Notes under the pieces: generated by a model
The model's database searches: none
What the model was told of the DNA's origin: nothing
What the model saw: the letters and a program-made list of their open reading frames with translations, nothing else
Shown: positions 26,251 through 39,619 of the stretch, in pieces
How the letters are laid out: each line of letters starts with the position of its first letter
Position numbering within the stretch: position 1 is the first letter of the stretch
Translations under genes and position numbers: made by a program
Source: Mobula hypostoma
Taxonomy: Eukaryota
Direction: 5' to 3'
Assembly: GCF_963921235.1 (NCBI RefSeq)
Contig: NC_086097.1
Location: 24,864,001 to 24,928,000 of the forward strand
DNA length: 64,000 nt

Positions 26251-26420
26251 TTTTCTGAATCTGAATCTCTTTCAGTCTGGTCCATAATCCTAGTGAACAT
26301 AGGGGAATGTGAATCTAACTTCTCTTTTTATGTATTATATATAAACGGTATGAGACAAGGACAATTATGCAGGGAATGTCACATTATTCTTCTAACAAAA
26401 CGTTGACAGCTATATGTTAA

Positions 26421-26662
26421 CACGAGAAATTCTGCAGATGCTGGAAATTCAAGCAACACACATCAAAGTTGCTGGTGAACGCAGAAGGCCAGGCAACATC
26501 TCTAGGAAGAGGTACAGTCGACGTTTCGGGCTGAGACCCTTCGTACAGTCGACATTTCGGGCCGAGACCCTTTGTCAGGATCTCGGCCCAAAACGTCGAC
26601 TGTACCTCTTCCTAGAGATGCTGCCTGGCCTTCTGCGTTCACCAGCAACTTTGATGTGTGTT
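26421..26662. mobile_element. 242-bp foldback Penelope pLTR/HHR insertion, ORF-free
   Basis: 82-bp inverted arms 26455-26536 and 26581-26662 (3 mismatches); 15-bp TSD acagctatatgttaa at 26406-26420 and 26663-26677. Confidence 0.92.
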
Positions 26663-26679
26663 ACAGCTATATGTTAAAG

Positions 26680-27710
26680 CATTTCAGGGATAATTGGAGA
26701 GGTAGTAATGGGGGACAACAAATTAGCAGATGAACTGAATAACTGTTTTGCATCTGTCTTTACTGTGGAAGACACAAGCAGGATGCTAGAAGTCCCAGGT
26801 GTCAGGGGGCATGAAGTGTGTGAATTTAACATAACTAGAGAGAAGGTGGTTGGGAAACTCAAAGGTCTGAACATAGATAAATCACTTGGACCAGATGGTG
26901 TACAACCCAGGGTTCTTGATGAGGTGGCTGAAAAAATTGTGGAGGCATTAGGTGTCACAACCACGGTTTCAGAAGCGCAGTAGATATGGCAATTGTGCTT
27001 GTGAATTTGCAGGTGTCAGCCAATTATCATTTAATCGTGATAGTATTTAACTCCATACTTGTCATCGTAGTGCTTGTAGAGACTTGGGCAGAGGACAGGA
27101 ACACTTCGCTTTTGTTTTGCATTGGCCTTGCCTGAGAAATTGGACTGTTGATTCAACTGACTGAAGACTTGCAGTATTTGCTTAATTATTAGATGTTCTT
27201 TTCAGCTGCAGTGTAGGCTTCATTTCCCATTTGAGAGTTTTAGTTAACAGCCCTGTTTGGCCTTGCGTTTATTGCTTTACTTTCCCTTGAACATTTCGCA
27301 TTAAAGTTTTGTGAACTATCGACCTGCTTCAGTGTCTCTCACTCCGCACTTGGGCCATATCCGAACACGGTGACGTTAGCAATGATCTTCCAAGAATCAC
27401 TAGAATCTGGAATGGTTCTAGAAGACTGGAAAATTGCAAATGTCACTCCACTCTTCAAGAAGGAAGAGAGGCAGAAGAAAAGAAACTATAGGCCAGTAAT
27501 TCTTTGCCAAAGACAGTTGTGCAGGCCAAGTCTTTATGTATAGTTAAGGCAGAGATTGATAGATTCTTGATTGTCAGGACATGAAGGGATATGGGGAGAA
27601 GGCAGGACACTGGGGCTGAAAGCAAAATTGGATCAGCCATGATGAAATGGCAGAGCAAAATGGAGGGACCAAGTAGCCTAATTCTGCTCCTATATCTTGA
27701 TCATATGATC
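26680..27710 (+). mobile_element. CR1 LINE fragment, internally deleted, interrupted by a solo LTR
   Basis: ADELNNCFASVFTVED...DKSLGPDGVQPRVL; resumes at 27376 and jumps from NYRPV to the 3' end near 27500. Confidence 0.85.
26953..27375 (+). mobile_element. Solo LTR (423 bp), probably Gypsy-type
   Basis: Termini tgtcac...gtgacg; flanks ttagg (26948-26952) and ttagc (27376-27380); internal tatttaa and attaaa; splits a CR1 reading frame. Confidence 0.8.
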
Positions 27711-27867
27711 TTGTAACTTGACCAGCAGGATTTAAGATCTGTCCTGCTTAAACAATAACTTTGTTTTGCAGCTCTATTTATACAAAATCTTGCAGATAAT
27801 GGATGTAAAACTGCTGTTAGATGCAAGTCAGAGGCAGGTTGCTTAGAAGAAGAGAATTGATATAAGG

Positions 27868-28568
27868 TTTGTCCATCGTCATCGATGAAGACCTCAACAC
27901 CATTAGTACTTTTTTATTACGAGGTTGAGTTGCTAGTCAACACTCAACCCAGCATGGATGGAAAGTGTGCCCGGGAATGGCACGACTGGGTCTGAACTCA
28001 GGAACCTTCGCTCCAGAGTCAGGTGCTGATGTCACTACACCACCAGCCGGCTTGATGGTGTCAAGACCAGCGCTTGATTTGGATTTAAGTGAGGGAGAGT
28101 TGCGCAGCGTCAGCCTCACTCTCTCTTCCCAAATCCCATCTGGATCCAGTGGCAAGACGAGAGTCGAGACGGCTGGAGATGGGACTAGGCTCAGTGGATG
28201 ACCAGGACGTCTTCTGTGTCTTGTCATGCTCTACGTATTCCACGACGCTTGCAGAGACCACCTTCTTGACCGTTGGACCTTCCGTTGGTCTCGTCCACTC
28301 AGTCCGCCGGAGTCTGTCTTCACATGCTGGGATAGACAACTCCCTATCTCACCGAGGGTTTGAGACCCGTCAGCTACCCTCACCTGGTTTAGCCGGCTTG
28401 TCGAAGCCATTGCCCGGGGTGTGGCCGCTGTCGCATGCAAACAGCTATGGAGAGCCACAGGTGAGAGCTGAGTTGCAGGTGGGGACCAAAGGTGGACAAG
28501 CTGCCCTGAAAAGAACATGACATGTTCCCCCACCAGAGGTGCTACCCCTCCCTGACACCCCATACACC
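27868..28568 (-). mobile_element. RTE-clade 5'-UTR-derived non-autonomous element, CpG-rich
   Basis: Minus-strand gccactggatccagat...gagagtgaggctgacgctgcgcaactctccctcacttaaatccaa resembles RTE 5' regions and RTE-related SINEs (recalled, not searched). Confidence 0.65.
27905..28052 (-). mobile_element. Short tRNA-derived SINE nested in the RTE-derived element
   Basis: Minus strand has A-box-like tggtgtagtga, B-box-like gagttcagacc and an A-rich tail; splits the host sequence acaccat|tgatggtgt. Confidence 0.75.
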
Positions 28569-29304
28569 CTGAATTGATATAATGAGGTAAAGGAAAGAAG
28601 GTGCTCTCTGGACAGGAATAAATTGGAGGAGATGGAACACCAGATTACGTAAGAGAAGATGGCTGGATCCATGAGTTGGATGACATCAGTCCAAAGCAAA
28701 CTAAGAGCTTGGATCACCTTGAAGAAAACCGGGTTCTTCATAGAACGTAGAACAGTACAGCACAGGAACAATCTCTTCAGCCTATGACATGCCGAACACA
28801 ATGTCAAACGCTAATCATAAATTGGACTATAAGACATAGGAGCATAATTAGGGTATTTGTCCCATCAAGTCTGCTCCATTATGCTGTCATGGCTGATTTA
28901 TTATCCCACTCAACCCAATTCTCCTGCCTGCTCCACATAACCTTTGATGCCCTGACTAATCAAGAACATATCAATCTCCACTTTAAATATACTCAATGAC
29001 AGCCTCCACAGCTGACTGTGGCAATGAATTCTACAAATTCGCTATCCTCTGGCTAATGAAATTCCTTCTCATCTCTGTTCTAAAGGGATTTCCATTTTCT
29101 GGTCATAGACTCCCCAAACATAGGAAACACCCTCTCCACACCCACTCTATCTATGCCCTTCGGTATTGAATAGTTTCAATAAGATCACCCACCCCCCCCA
29201 TTCAGTTAAACTTTAGCAAGTACAGGCCTAGAGCCATCAAATGCTCCTCATTCCCAGGATCACTCTCATGAACCTTCTCTGGACCCTCTCAAATGCCTCT
29301 CCAA

Positions 29305-29830
29305 TTCTAAAGTCCACAATCATCTATTTGGTCTTGTCCACACTGAGACTCAAGTTGTGCTTGTACCATTCTACATCCTCTTTGCAGGCTGTCTCATCCT
29401 CATTGTTGATGAGGCCAACCGCTGTTGTGTCAGCAGTGAACTTGCTGATCTAGCAAAGCAGTCATACAGCAGCGGGCTGAGGACACAGCCCTGGGGTTCG
29501 ATGATGCTCAGTGTCATGAAGCTAGAGATGTTGCTGCCAACACAGACTGACTGTGGCCTGTCAAGAAGCAAGGATCCTGTTACAGAGAGAGTTGTTGAGA
29601 CCCGCTGAGGACAGTTTATCCACCAGCTTCTATGGTATGATCTTATTGAACACCAAGCTGAAGTCAATAAACAGCATCTTGCATATGAGCCACCATTTTC
29701 CAGGTGGGACAAGACAGAGTGGTATGCAGAGGCCATGGTCTCATCAGTGGACGGATACGAGCAATAAACAAACTAGAAAGGGTTCAATGTAACAGGAAGA
29801 TGGGATTTAATCCATTCTATCATGACCCCT
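29305..29830 (-). mobile_element. Rex1/Babar RT fragment
   Basis: [28 protein letters not shown]. Confidence 0.85.
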
Positions 29831-31780
29831 CATGATCTTATATTTCAATCATAGTCATAGGGTCCTACAGACTGAAAAAGGCCCTTTCTGGCTGGGCAAG
29901 ATGTATATTCAAGCTAAACCCCTTTGCCAGTACTTGGACCATATCCCTCCATCAGGCAGGAGGTACAGAAACCTTAGCTTCCACACCAGTAGGTTGGGAA
30001 AACCCTAAAATGTCAGGCTCCTGAACAGGCATGGATAACTTAATTCACTGCCATTCTGAACTGATTCTCTGACCTACAGACTCACTTTTAAGGACTCTTT
30101 ACAAATCATGTTCTATGTTTTCTTTTGGATAGCTTGTCTTATTTTAAACATCAGTTGTTTGTCAGCCTTTGTCTCTTTATTTATAGGGCTTTTTGCAAAA
30201 TTCCATTGTATTTCTTTATTTTTCTCTAAATGCCCCCAAAAACTGAATCTCAAGGTAGTATAATAAATTTATTTTGAGCATTGAACTTTTGATAATCTTG
30301 TTATCTATGTACCTGTCCATATACTTCCTAAGTGTATCTAATATACCCGCCTCAACTACTTCCTTTGGCAGCTGTCATGGTAACTACTGTGCCTGTCACA
30401 CAAGGAACAGCTCAGCACATCACAGAAACCAGTTTCCCCTCCATGGAGTCTGCCCACATTTCTGGCTGCTTCAGTAAAGTACCATGGACTATCAAAGACC
30501 CCATCTACCTCAAACATTCTCTCTTCTCCCCTCTTTCATCAGGCAGAAGATAGAAAAGCCTCAAAGTAGGTACCACTCATCTCAAGGACAGCTTCTACAC
30601 CATGTTATAAGACAACTGAATGGTTTCTTAGTATGATAAGGTGGACTCTTTACTTCACAATCTAACTTCTTATGATCTTACACCTTAATGTCTACCTGCA
30701 GTTCATCTTTTCTGTAGCTGTTACACTTTATTCTGTATTATTATAGCTTCACCTTGCTCTACCTGAATGCACTGTGTAATGATTTGATCTGTTTGAATAG
30801 TATGTTAGACAAAAGCTTTTTGCCGTATCTCGATTCGTAATAATAATAAACCGATTCCAATTCCAAAAAGAAAAAAGGATTCTTACTAGATCTCTGCAGG
30901 CAGCTATTCCCGAGATTGGGAGGGCGGGGGGCGGGGGGGTTGGTGGTGTGAAGCAACTTTAGATCGCTACTGTATGCAGCTCCAGAAGAAGATTCCAACT
31001 AGCCTGCCTCTTATTTGTCCATCAATATGGGATGTGGAAAATCGGAGCTTAATTGTGAATTGGATTTGGTGATGGAGGAGGCTGCTTTTAGAAATAGATG
31101 CATAGGGAACAAAGAGGGAAGGTTCTCATCTCTATCATCAGCCCTCTTTACCCTTAGGCAGAAAGCAGGAGGTTGATATAAAATGTTCAAATGGTTCCCT
31201 AATGGAGAAAAGTCAGAATTAGCAGGATGTTAGTCAGACTTTTCAAAAATAAATAAAGATGAGCTCAAGAAATAGAGATTACAGCAGTCAGGGGAATATT
31301 GTGATAAACATGCTATTTTTCAACTGAAGTCTTTATCTCCAAGACAACAGCAACTTGAGCTATTGGAATTTTTTACGATTTACTTGGAATTGCCATCAGT
31401 TGTGACAGTGATGGATCCATCCAAATCTTGGCAAGGGGGCCAAGTCTCCAGAATTGTCCTGGAGTCTCCATGGGGGACAGAATGATCCTCAGAGGACCTT
31501 ACATCGGGAGGAAAGGTTGACCAGGTCAGGCCAATATTCCCTGAAGGTTAGAAGCATGAGAGGTGATTTGATTGAAATACAACGAGCTTGAGAGGACTTG
31601 ATAGCATAGAAGATGATTGAGGGGATTGTCCTCAAGGGTAAGTCTAGAACCAGGGGCTTTAGTTTTAGGAAAAGTAGGTCACCTATTTAATGTGTTGAGA
31701 TGTGGGGCTAATAGGAAAGAGTGAAAAAAAGAAAAGGGCAGATTGGTGGTATGGAAGAAGACAGAAGAGATTAAATCACT

Positions 31781-32240
31781 AATGCAAGAGATTCTGCAGA
31801 TACTAGAAATCCAGAGCAACATCTACAAAATTCTGGAGGAACTCAACAGGTCAGGCAGCATCTATGGAGAGGTCTAAACAGAAGACATACTAGGCTGATA
31901 ACCTTTATCATGACAGGAAAGGAAGAGGGAAGAAGCCATAATGAAGTGGTGGGGGGGAAGGGAAGGAGTACAGGCTGTCAGGTGAAAGGTGAATCCAGGT
32001 GAGCGGGAAGGCAGGTGGGTAGGAGAGCCGGGAATGAACCAAGAAGCTGGGAGGTGATAGATGGAAGAGGTAAAAGGCTGAAGTAGAAGAAGGAATCCGA
32101 TAGGAGAGGAGAGTAGACCTTGGGGGAAAGGGCCACCAGGGGAGGTGATGGACAGGTGAGTAGAAGAGAAAGGGCCAGAATGGGGAATGGAACAAGTGAG
32201 AAGCAGGAGGGACGAGAAATGACCGATGTTAGAAAAGTTG
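31781..32240 (-). mobile_element. Penelope pLTR and pyrimidine tract (heavily decayed HHR at ~31878-31917)
   Basis: Same terminus family as 13147 and 60976. Confidence 0.75.
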
Positions 32241-33114
32241 AATTGAATCACAAAATTGGTTGACGATATAAGGAGTGTGAGAATGGTAACAATCTGCTTT
32301 GATTTATTATTATTGTAACATGTACTGAGGACATAAAAATCTTTATCTTGTGTGTCATTCAGGTTTATCCTTCCATGCATTAGGACACTGAGGTAGTAAA
32401 GATAAAATAACAATGAGAAGTATCCAGTAGTTTTTGCAGTTACAGAAAGAGTGCAGAGCAAGTAAATAAAATGCGAGGGCCATGACGAGGTAGATTGAGG
32501 GATAAAGATTTCATTTTTTACCACATGAGAGGTCTATTCAAGAGCTTGATAACAACAGGATAGAAGCTGTTCTTAAGCCTGGAGGTATGTGTTAAACACA
32601 TAGCATAGAACAATACAGGCCTTTCAGTCCACAATATTCTGCTGACCTCTTAACCTACTGTAAGATTAGTCTAACCCTTCCCTCCCACAGAACCCTCCTT
32701 TGCTCTTGAGCTTTTGTATCTCCTGTCCAATGGGAGAGGGGAGAGGAATGAGTCACTGAGATGGGGGGGTGGGGGGGGAGGTCCTTGATTATGTTGGCTT
32801 CTTCCTGAGGCAGCAGGAATGGGAAATGGTAAAGGGTGCTGGTTTTCATGTTGAACTGGGCTGTGTTCACAACTCTCTGCAATTTTACAGAGTCGTAGAG
32901 CACTACGGCACAGAAACAGTCCCTTCAGCCCATCGAGTTCATTCCAGCCTGATTTTCTACCTAGTACCATCTACCCACATGCGCCAGGACTGCGGGCCAC
33001 CATTAAACTAACTCCTAGGCAACTGTGTCACTGTTTACCAATTAAAACTGTTTATACTGAAGCAACAGCCGGGTATGGGCGTGATGTTCCAGCGTCTTCC
33101 ATTCATATTTCACC

Positions 33115-33440
33115 TTCCATCTTAAATCTATAACCTCCAGAGGCCTCACCTATCCTCAGCATGTATTCTCCCCACATGAAGATGGTCCTCATTAAGTTTA
33201 TCTACCTCTGTAAGATCTCCCATCATTCTCCTGCACTCTGGGGAATTAAGTCTTAACCTATTCAACCTTTCCCTATAACTGAGGTCCTGAAGTCCCAGCA
33301 ACGTCCTTGTAAATTCTTTCTGCACTCTCTCAATTTTATTGATACCTCTCCTATATGTAGGCATCCAGAACTTCACACAGTATTCCAAATATGGCCTCAC
33401 CAACTTCTTATACATCTTCAGCAGAACATCCCAACTGTTT
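33115..33440 (-). mobile_element. CR1 RT C-terminal fragment
   Basis: LVRPYLEYCVKFW...LSYRERL. Confidence 0.85.
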
Positions 33441-34854
33441 GCATCTTGAGCAAAGCGAAGTTCAAAGTAAATTTATTACTACAGTACATACAGTATATGT
33501 CACCATACACAACACTGAGATTAATTTTTCTTGTGGGCATACTCAGTAAATCCGATAACCATAATAGAATCAATAAAAGATGGCACTAACAGGGTGGACA
33601 ACCAGTGTACAAGAGACAACAAACTATTCAAATACAAAAATAAAGAAATAATAGGAAGAATTAATAAATAAGCAATAAATATCAAGAACATGAGATGAAG
33701 AGTCGTTGAAAGTGTGTCTTTCAGTTATGGAAACAGTTCAGTGATGAAGCAAGTGAAGTTGACACAAGTTATCCCTTCTGGTTGAGAAACCTAATGGTTG
33801 AGGGGTGATAACTGTTACTAAACCTGGCTGCGTGAGTTCTGAGTCTCCTGTACCTTTTTCCTGAGAAGAGAGCCTGACCAGGCTGGTGGAGGTCTCTGAT
33901 GGTGGATGCTGCTTTGCTGTGAGAAAGCTCCGTCTAGATGGGCTCAATGGTGGGAAGGGCTTTACCTACGATGGCCAGATCCACTACATTTTGCAAGACT
34001 TCCCGTTCAAGGGCATTTCTGTTGCCATACCAAGCTGTGATGCATCTGGATAGGATGCTTCCTATGGTAAAAATTGGTGAAGGTCAGTGGGAGCGTAATG
34101 AAATTCCAGCAAAGATTTGATCTCAATGCAGAGAATGTTCAGAATACTCAGCAGGTTAATCAGTATCTGTAGAGAGAGAAACAAAGTTAAAATTTCAGGT
34201 CAATGAATTTCCATCAGATCTTTCATTAGAAGTTTGGAATGGATGAAGTATAAATAGGAGACAATGAGTTATTATTAAGAACATCAGACCATAAGACATA
34301 GGAGCAGATTTAGACCATTTAGCCCATCGAGTCTGTTCCTCCATTCAAACATGGACAGCATATTTTCTCTCCCAACTCCATTCTTCTGCCTTCTCCCCAT
34401 AACTTTCGATGTCCTGACTAATCAAGAATCTATCAGCCTCCACTTTATGTATACCCAGTGACTTGGACTCCACAGGCGTCTGTGGCAATGAATTCCACAG
34501 ATTCACCTCCCTCTGGCTAAAGGAATTCCCTATATCTCTGTTCTAAAGGGATATCCTTCCATTCTGAGACTGTACCCCTTGGTCCCAGACTATACACCAT
34601 TGGAAACATCCTCTCCATATCCACTCTATGTAGGCCTTTCAGTATTTGTTAGGTTTCAATGAGCTTCCACCTCATTTTTCTGATCTCCAGTGTGTACAGG
34701 CCCAGAGCCATCAAATGCTCCTCATGTATTCAGTCAGACAAAGTGCTGTTTCCTGATCTTCCATCAAGCTTCTTTGGAACAGCACAGGAGGCCAAGGAGA
34801 GAAAGACCAGAGAGGGTGGTTGACAGAGAACTAAAAGACTGTCATTGGACTCTC

Positions 34855-36940
34855 ACCACCTCTGTTACTCTGATCACGTTTCTGTTATGCTAATTCCTGC
34901 ATATGCACCACTGATTAAACGAGTCTAACCAATTGAAAAGGCGATAAAGACCTGGCCCAGAAGAAGCAACGTCAGCATTGTGGAACTGTTTCAAAAACCC
35001 AGACTGAAGCACGTTCAGGGAGGTAGCTGCCTTTGACCAGCACGTAAGATTGATGAATATGCAGGGTCTGTGACAGACTCCATAGAGAACTGCCTTGAAG
35101 ATTTCACCATTATACACATCTATGTGAGGGCAAATCAGAAGCCATTGTGACAGTAGAGGTTCAGGCACAACTGAGAGATCAGGATGCTGCCTTCACAGTG
35201 GGGGGTAAGACAGCTCTCAGGTCAACAAGAGTTGTTCTTTCCTGCACCATTAGGAAGGCTAAATGCAATTATTCACATAGAATTTACAGCCATTTCTGCT
35301 ACATCAGGGATATGTAGTGCATGAGGCAGAGTATGCTGGCCATAATGGACTACGAGTCCACCCTGCTTGTCAATGGCAGTGCTGCTTCCCCTTCTGATAA
35401 GATGAACGTCTTTTACGCCCGGTTTGATACACAGAACGATGTGCTGAGGAAACCTTCCCCCTACACTGAGGAGCAGGCCACAGCTGATGTGGGAAGTCCT
35501 TACCTAGCGCCAACCCCCGTAAAGCTGCAGGGCCTGGCAACGTACCCAGCTGGGTGCCGAGGGACCATGCAGCCCAGTTAACAGAGGTTCTAACAGATAC
35601 CTTCAACATCTCTCTGGAACAGTCCACTGTCCTCGCAAGCTCAAGGCAGCCATCATCCCAGTGCCCAGGAGGGCATCAGTGACCTGCCTCAACCACTACC
35701 ATCCAGTGGTACTGACCTCAACAATAATGAAGTCATCTGAGCGGCTGATTGTGGATCTATTAAATCCCATCTTTCTACTAAATTGGACCCTTTCCAGTTC
35801 ACTTACCACTCAAATCGGTCCACTGATGACATTTCTGCACTTCATTCCATCCTGTCTCACCTGGCAAATGGTGTCTCACACACCAGAATGCTGATGGGTA
35901 AACTGTCCTCGTTGGGTCTCAACACCTCTCTCAGTTACTGGATCCTGAACTTCTTGACAGAACTTCTTGACACAGTCAGTCCATGTTGTCAGGAACATCT
36001 CCAGTTGCATCACACTGAGAATCGGCTCCCCCAGGGCAGCATCCTCAGCCCACTGCTGTGCATGATGTACTGCTAGATCCATTTCCATCCGAATCATTAG
36101 GTTCACTGGTGACGCAAACGAGGCTGGCCTCATCAACAACGATGGGAAGGCATACAGAGAGGAGATAAAATGAATGGTAGAAAGGTGTGAGTACAGCTTG
36201 AGTCTCAATGTGGAAAAGACTACAGAGATGATTGTGGACTCTGGCAAGGTGCCCGTCACTCCTCACTGCATATAAACAGCACCTCATGGAGAAAGTTAGG
36301 AGGTACCAGCTTTCTGAGACTGCACATAATAGACGATTTTACCTGGTCCCTCAACACTTACTTTTTAGTCATGAAAGCACAGAAGCATCTCCACTTCCTG
36401 AGGAGACTTAAGTGAAGGAGGATCCACCCGCCCCCCAGCAATTCTAATCAATTTTCACAGAGGCACCATTGAGGGTGTGCTGAACAACTGCACCACCATC
36501 TGGTACAGAAATTGCAAGGCATCTGACTGCAAGACCATACAAAGGATTGTGAGAACTAATGAGAGTGCTACGTCTCCCATTTGTCTAGCAATCCCTCTGA
36601 TGCCCTACCATCAGGCAGGAGGTATCATAACGTTAGGACAAGGATTGTTGGGATGGGAAACAGCTTCTGCTCCAGGCTGTGAGACTACTGAACTCCCTGC
36701 CACCACTCAGGTGTCACCATGTATGATGCACCCATTGTGTTACATCATTTACTTTTTAACATTTGCCGTCAACACACCTTATTATCTGTTAATTTATTAA
36801 TAGTAATATTACCTTAATTTGTTAATTTATTAATGGTAATATGACTTTGAGTTGTGTGTGAGTTATACATATAGTGAATTGCACCTTTATCTGGAGGAAC
36901 ATTGTTCTATTTAACAGTATCATATATACACTTCAGTGAC
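34855..36940 (+). mobile_element. Rex1/Babar LINE, old and degenerate (EN end, RT, 3' UTR)
   Basis: [60 protein letters not shown]. Confidence 0.88.
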
Positions 36941-37281
36941 ATTGAAACAACAATATTACAATCAATGTCAATAAGGCCAAGGAATTGATTGTGGACCTCA
37001 GGAGGGAACACACATCAGTCCTCATCGAGGGATCAGCAGTAGAAATGGTAAGCAATTTCAAGTTCATGGGTGTCAAAATCTCTGAAGATCTATCCTGGGC
37101 CCAGCATCATTAAGGACCCCAACACCCAGGATATGCTCACTTCACATTACTACCATGAGTGAGGAGATACAAGTACCGGTAGATACACATGACACACACT
37201 CAGGCAGCTTTTTCCCCTCCACAATCAGATTTCTGAATAAACAATGAATCCATTTTTGCTGTGTACATACGTATATATGTA

Positions 37282-37570
37282 CACAGGTGATCTCCATTTA
37301 TCCAATTATTTGACTTCTAAAACCAATTGCCTGCACCAGTGATGATTTGGTGTGTCATATTAAATGTGCAATTATGCAATCAATTATTTTGTGTTTTATA
37401 TTTGTAATTAATTTAGATCACTTGATAGAAACCTGTTTTCACTTTGACACAAGTCTTTTTCTGTTGATCAGTGTCAAAAAAAAAAGCCAAATTAAATCCA
37501 CGGTGATTCAATGGTGTAAAACAATAAAACATGAAAAATTCCAAGGGGGGGTGAATACCCTCAGTTATAC
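37282..37570. mobile_element. Tc1-like terminal fragment (IR/DR-type end)
   Basis: AT-rich end region terminating aagggggggtgaatac, a typical Tc1 terminal repeat motif. Confidence 0.55.
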
Positions 37571-39619
37571 GCTCTGTATACTTCTTATTGTAAATCAGAG
37601 TATATTTTTAGGTATTACATTGTGCTGCTGCCAGAAAGGAGCAAATTTCATGACATATGTCAGTAATAATAAATCTGATAGTGATTCTGATTATTACGCT
37701 GCAGCTAAAATCCTTTATCTATCAAATAATTCTAGTAAATCTTTCCTACATCCCCTTTCACTTCATCCCTAAAATGAATTAGATACCAAATTCACACCAA
37801 TCCAACTGTTTTCCTTTGATTCTGTGGGGAGAAGCTACAAAGGATGTGGCAGATGGAGCACAGTTCGAAAGTTCTGTAAGGCACAGAAAAATAGCTGCAA
37901 ATTGAGCCTTACAATGACACAGATCCTGCAGTAAGATATTTGGCTTAATTATTGGCTGTGTCCAAAATGCCACTGCAAGGCGCACATTCATCAGACAGAA
38001 ATCAGAGCAATGATCTGTTTAGTTGTTACACGAAAGGACTGCTGTAGGTTCTTGCTAGATACACACTGGTGAATAGAACAGGCAGACAGACGCTGAAGAC
38101 ATCGCATTGATGGATCAGTGGAGTCTTTTACATCATTGCTTGCTGATTGATAGGGGGGTTTGCTCCTTGCTTTTTTTAGAGTAAATTTTGCATGAATACC
38201 TTTAACAACCCATTGCTGTTTGTAAATAGGGAACAGATATTGCTCACTGGCCAGATTAAAACATACTAAATGCTGGAAAGGATCATTGATGAAGGGTTTC
38301 GGCCAACTGTCCTTTCCATAGATGTCCTCTCCATAGATGCTGCCTGGCCTGCTGAGTTCCTCCAGCACTTTGTATCTGTTACTCTGGATTTCCAGCATCT
38401 GACAAATAGCTTATATTAATGATTTGTTCACTAACCAATGGCATTAGGTGAAGGCATCTGGCATCTTGCTCAGAAATGGCCTGATCAGTCATAGAGTCAT
38501 AGAGCACTACAGCACAGAAACAGATTCTTCGGCCCATCTAGTCTGTGCAGAGCTATTATTCTGCTAGTCCCATCGACCTGCAATTGTACAATAGCCCACT
38601 ATACTCCTATCCATCCAAACTTTTCTTAAATGTTGCAATTGAACCTGCATCCACCACTTCACTGGCAGCTTGTTCTACACTCTCATCATCTTCTGAGTAA
38701 AGTTCTCCCTCAGGTCTCACTTAAATACTTCACCTTTCACACTTAACCTCTGAACATATTTATCACTTAGCCTATGTTCTATTCTCATCTAACCTCAGTA
38801 GAAGAAGCCTGCTTGCATTTACCCTATCTATACCCCTCATAATTTTGTGTACCTCTGTCAAATCCCCCCTCATGATCCTATACTCAAAAGAATGAAGCCC
38901 TAACCTATTCAATCTTTCCCTGTAACTCAGGTCAAGTCCCTGATCAATCGATGCCTTTTGCCCGAGATGTTATTACTAATGCACAAAAAGGCTCTGGTCC
39001 AAGTCCAACTAACATCCATATAGATTTTCTCTGGTCTCTTTCCAGCTTAATGACACCCTTTCTAGAGCTCAGTGACCAACCCCAAGTATATACGAAAGTG
39101 TTAGATCTAGGAGGAGTAGATGGGAGCGGGGAATCAACGTAGGGGATTGGTGTAAATGGATGATTGATGGCTGGCAAGAACTCAGTGGATCAAAGGTCCT
39201 CTATTTCTCTATGACTCACTGTATCTTTCATTGTAGAGCACCTTGGAAAGTTCTAGAACATAGTCTAAGAACGTAGAACAGTACAGCACACCATGGCCCA
39301 CCACGTTGTGAGTTCTGAATTAAAGGTTGCAAATCTTTCCTTTTCTCTCGGAGTTAATGGTCTTTTGCTGTTTAAAACTCTTTCATCAAGCGCCTGTAAA
39401 AATATTCTTACCTACTTCAGGCTGAAAGATACACCTCATTTCCTGATGTCAATGTGCAGAATGTAGACAGCAGATATTTGAAAAGTGCTCGTTAGCTTCA
39501 GCAAGCCAATGAACGAAGTCCAAGGTACAAATTACAGGCCAGGATCACATTCCCAATAAACCAGTTTATAAAGCCACACATATTAACATAAACTCATCAA
39601 ATGAGTCAACCCTAACAAA

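Noticed and set aside
26421..26662. MITE or miRNA gene
   Set aside because: The arms are Penelope pLTR sequence, are asymmetric relative to the insert ends, and the 15-bp TSD does not fit common MITE superfamilies.
27773..27840. Small plus-strand exon after tttgttttgcag
   Set aside because: Weak donor (gttgct) and no recognisable peptide.
27905..28052. tRNA genes here and at 46548-46763
   Set aside because: A and B boxes are present but I see no complete cloverleaf; both have SINE bodies and sit nested in other TEs.
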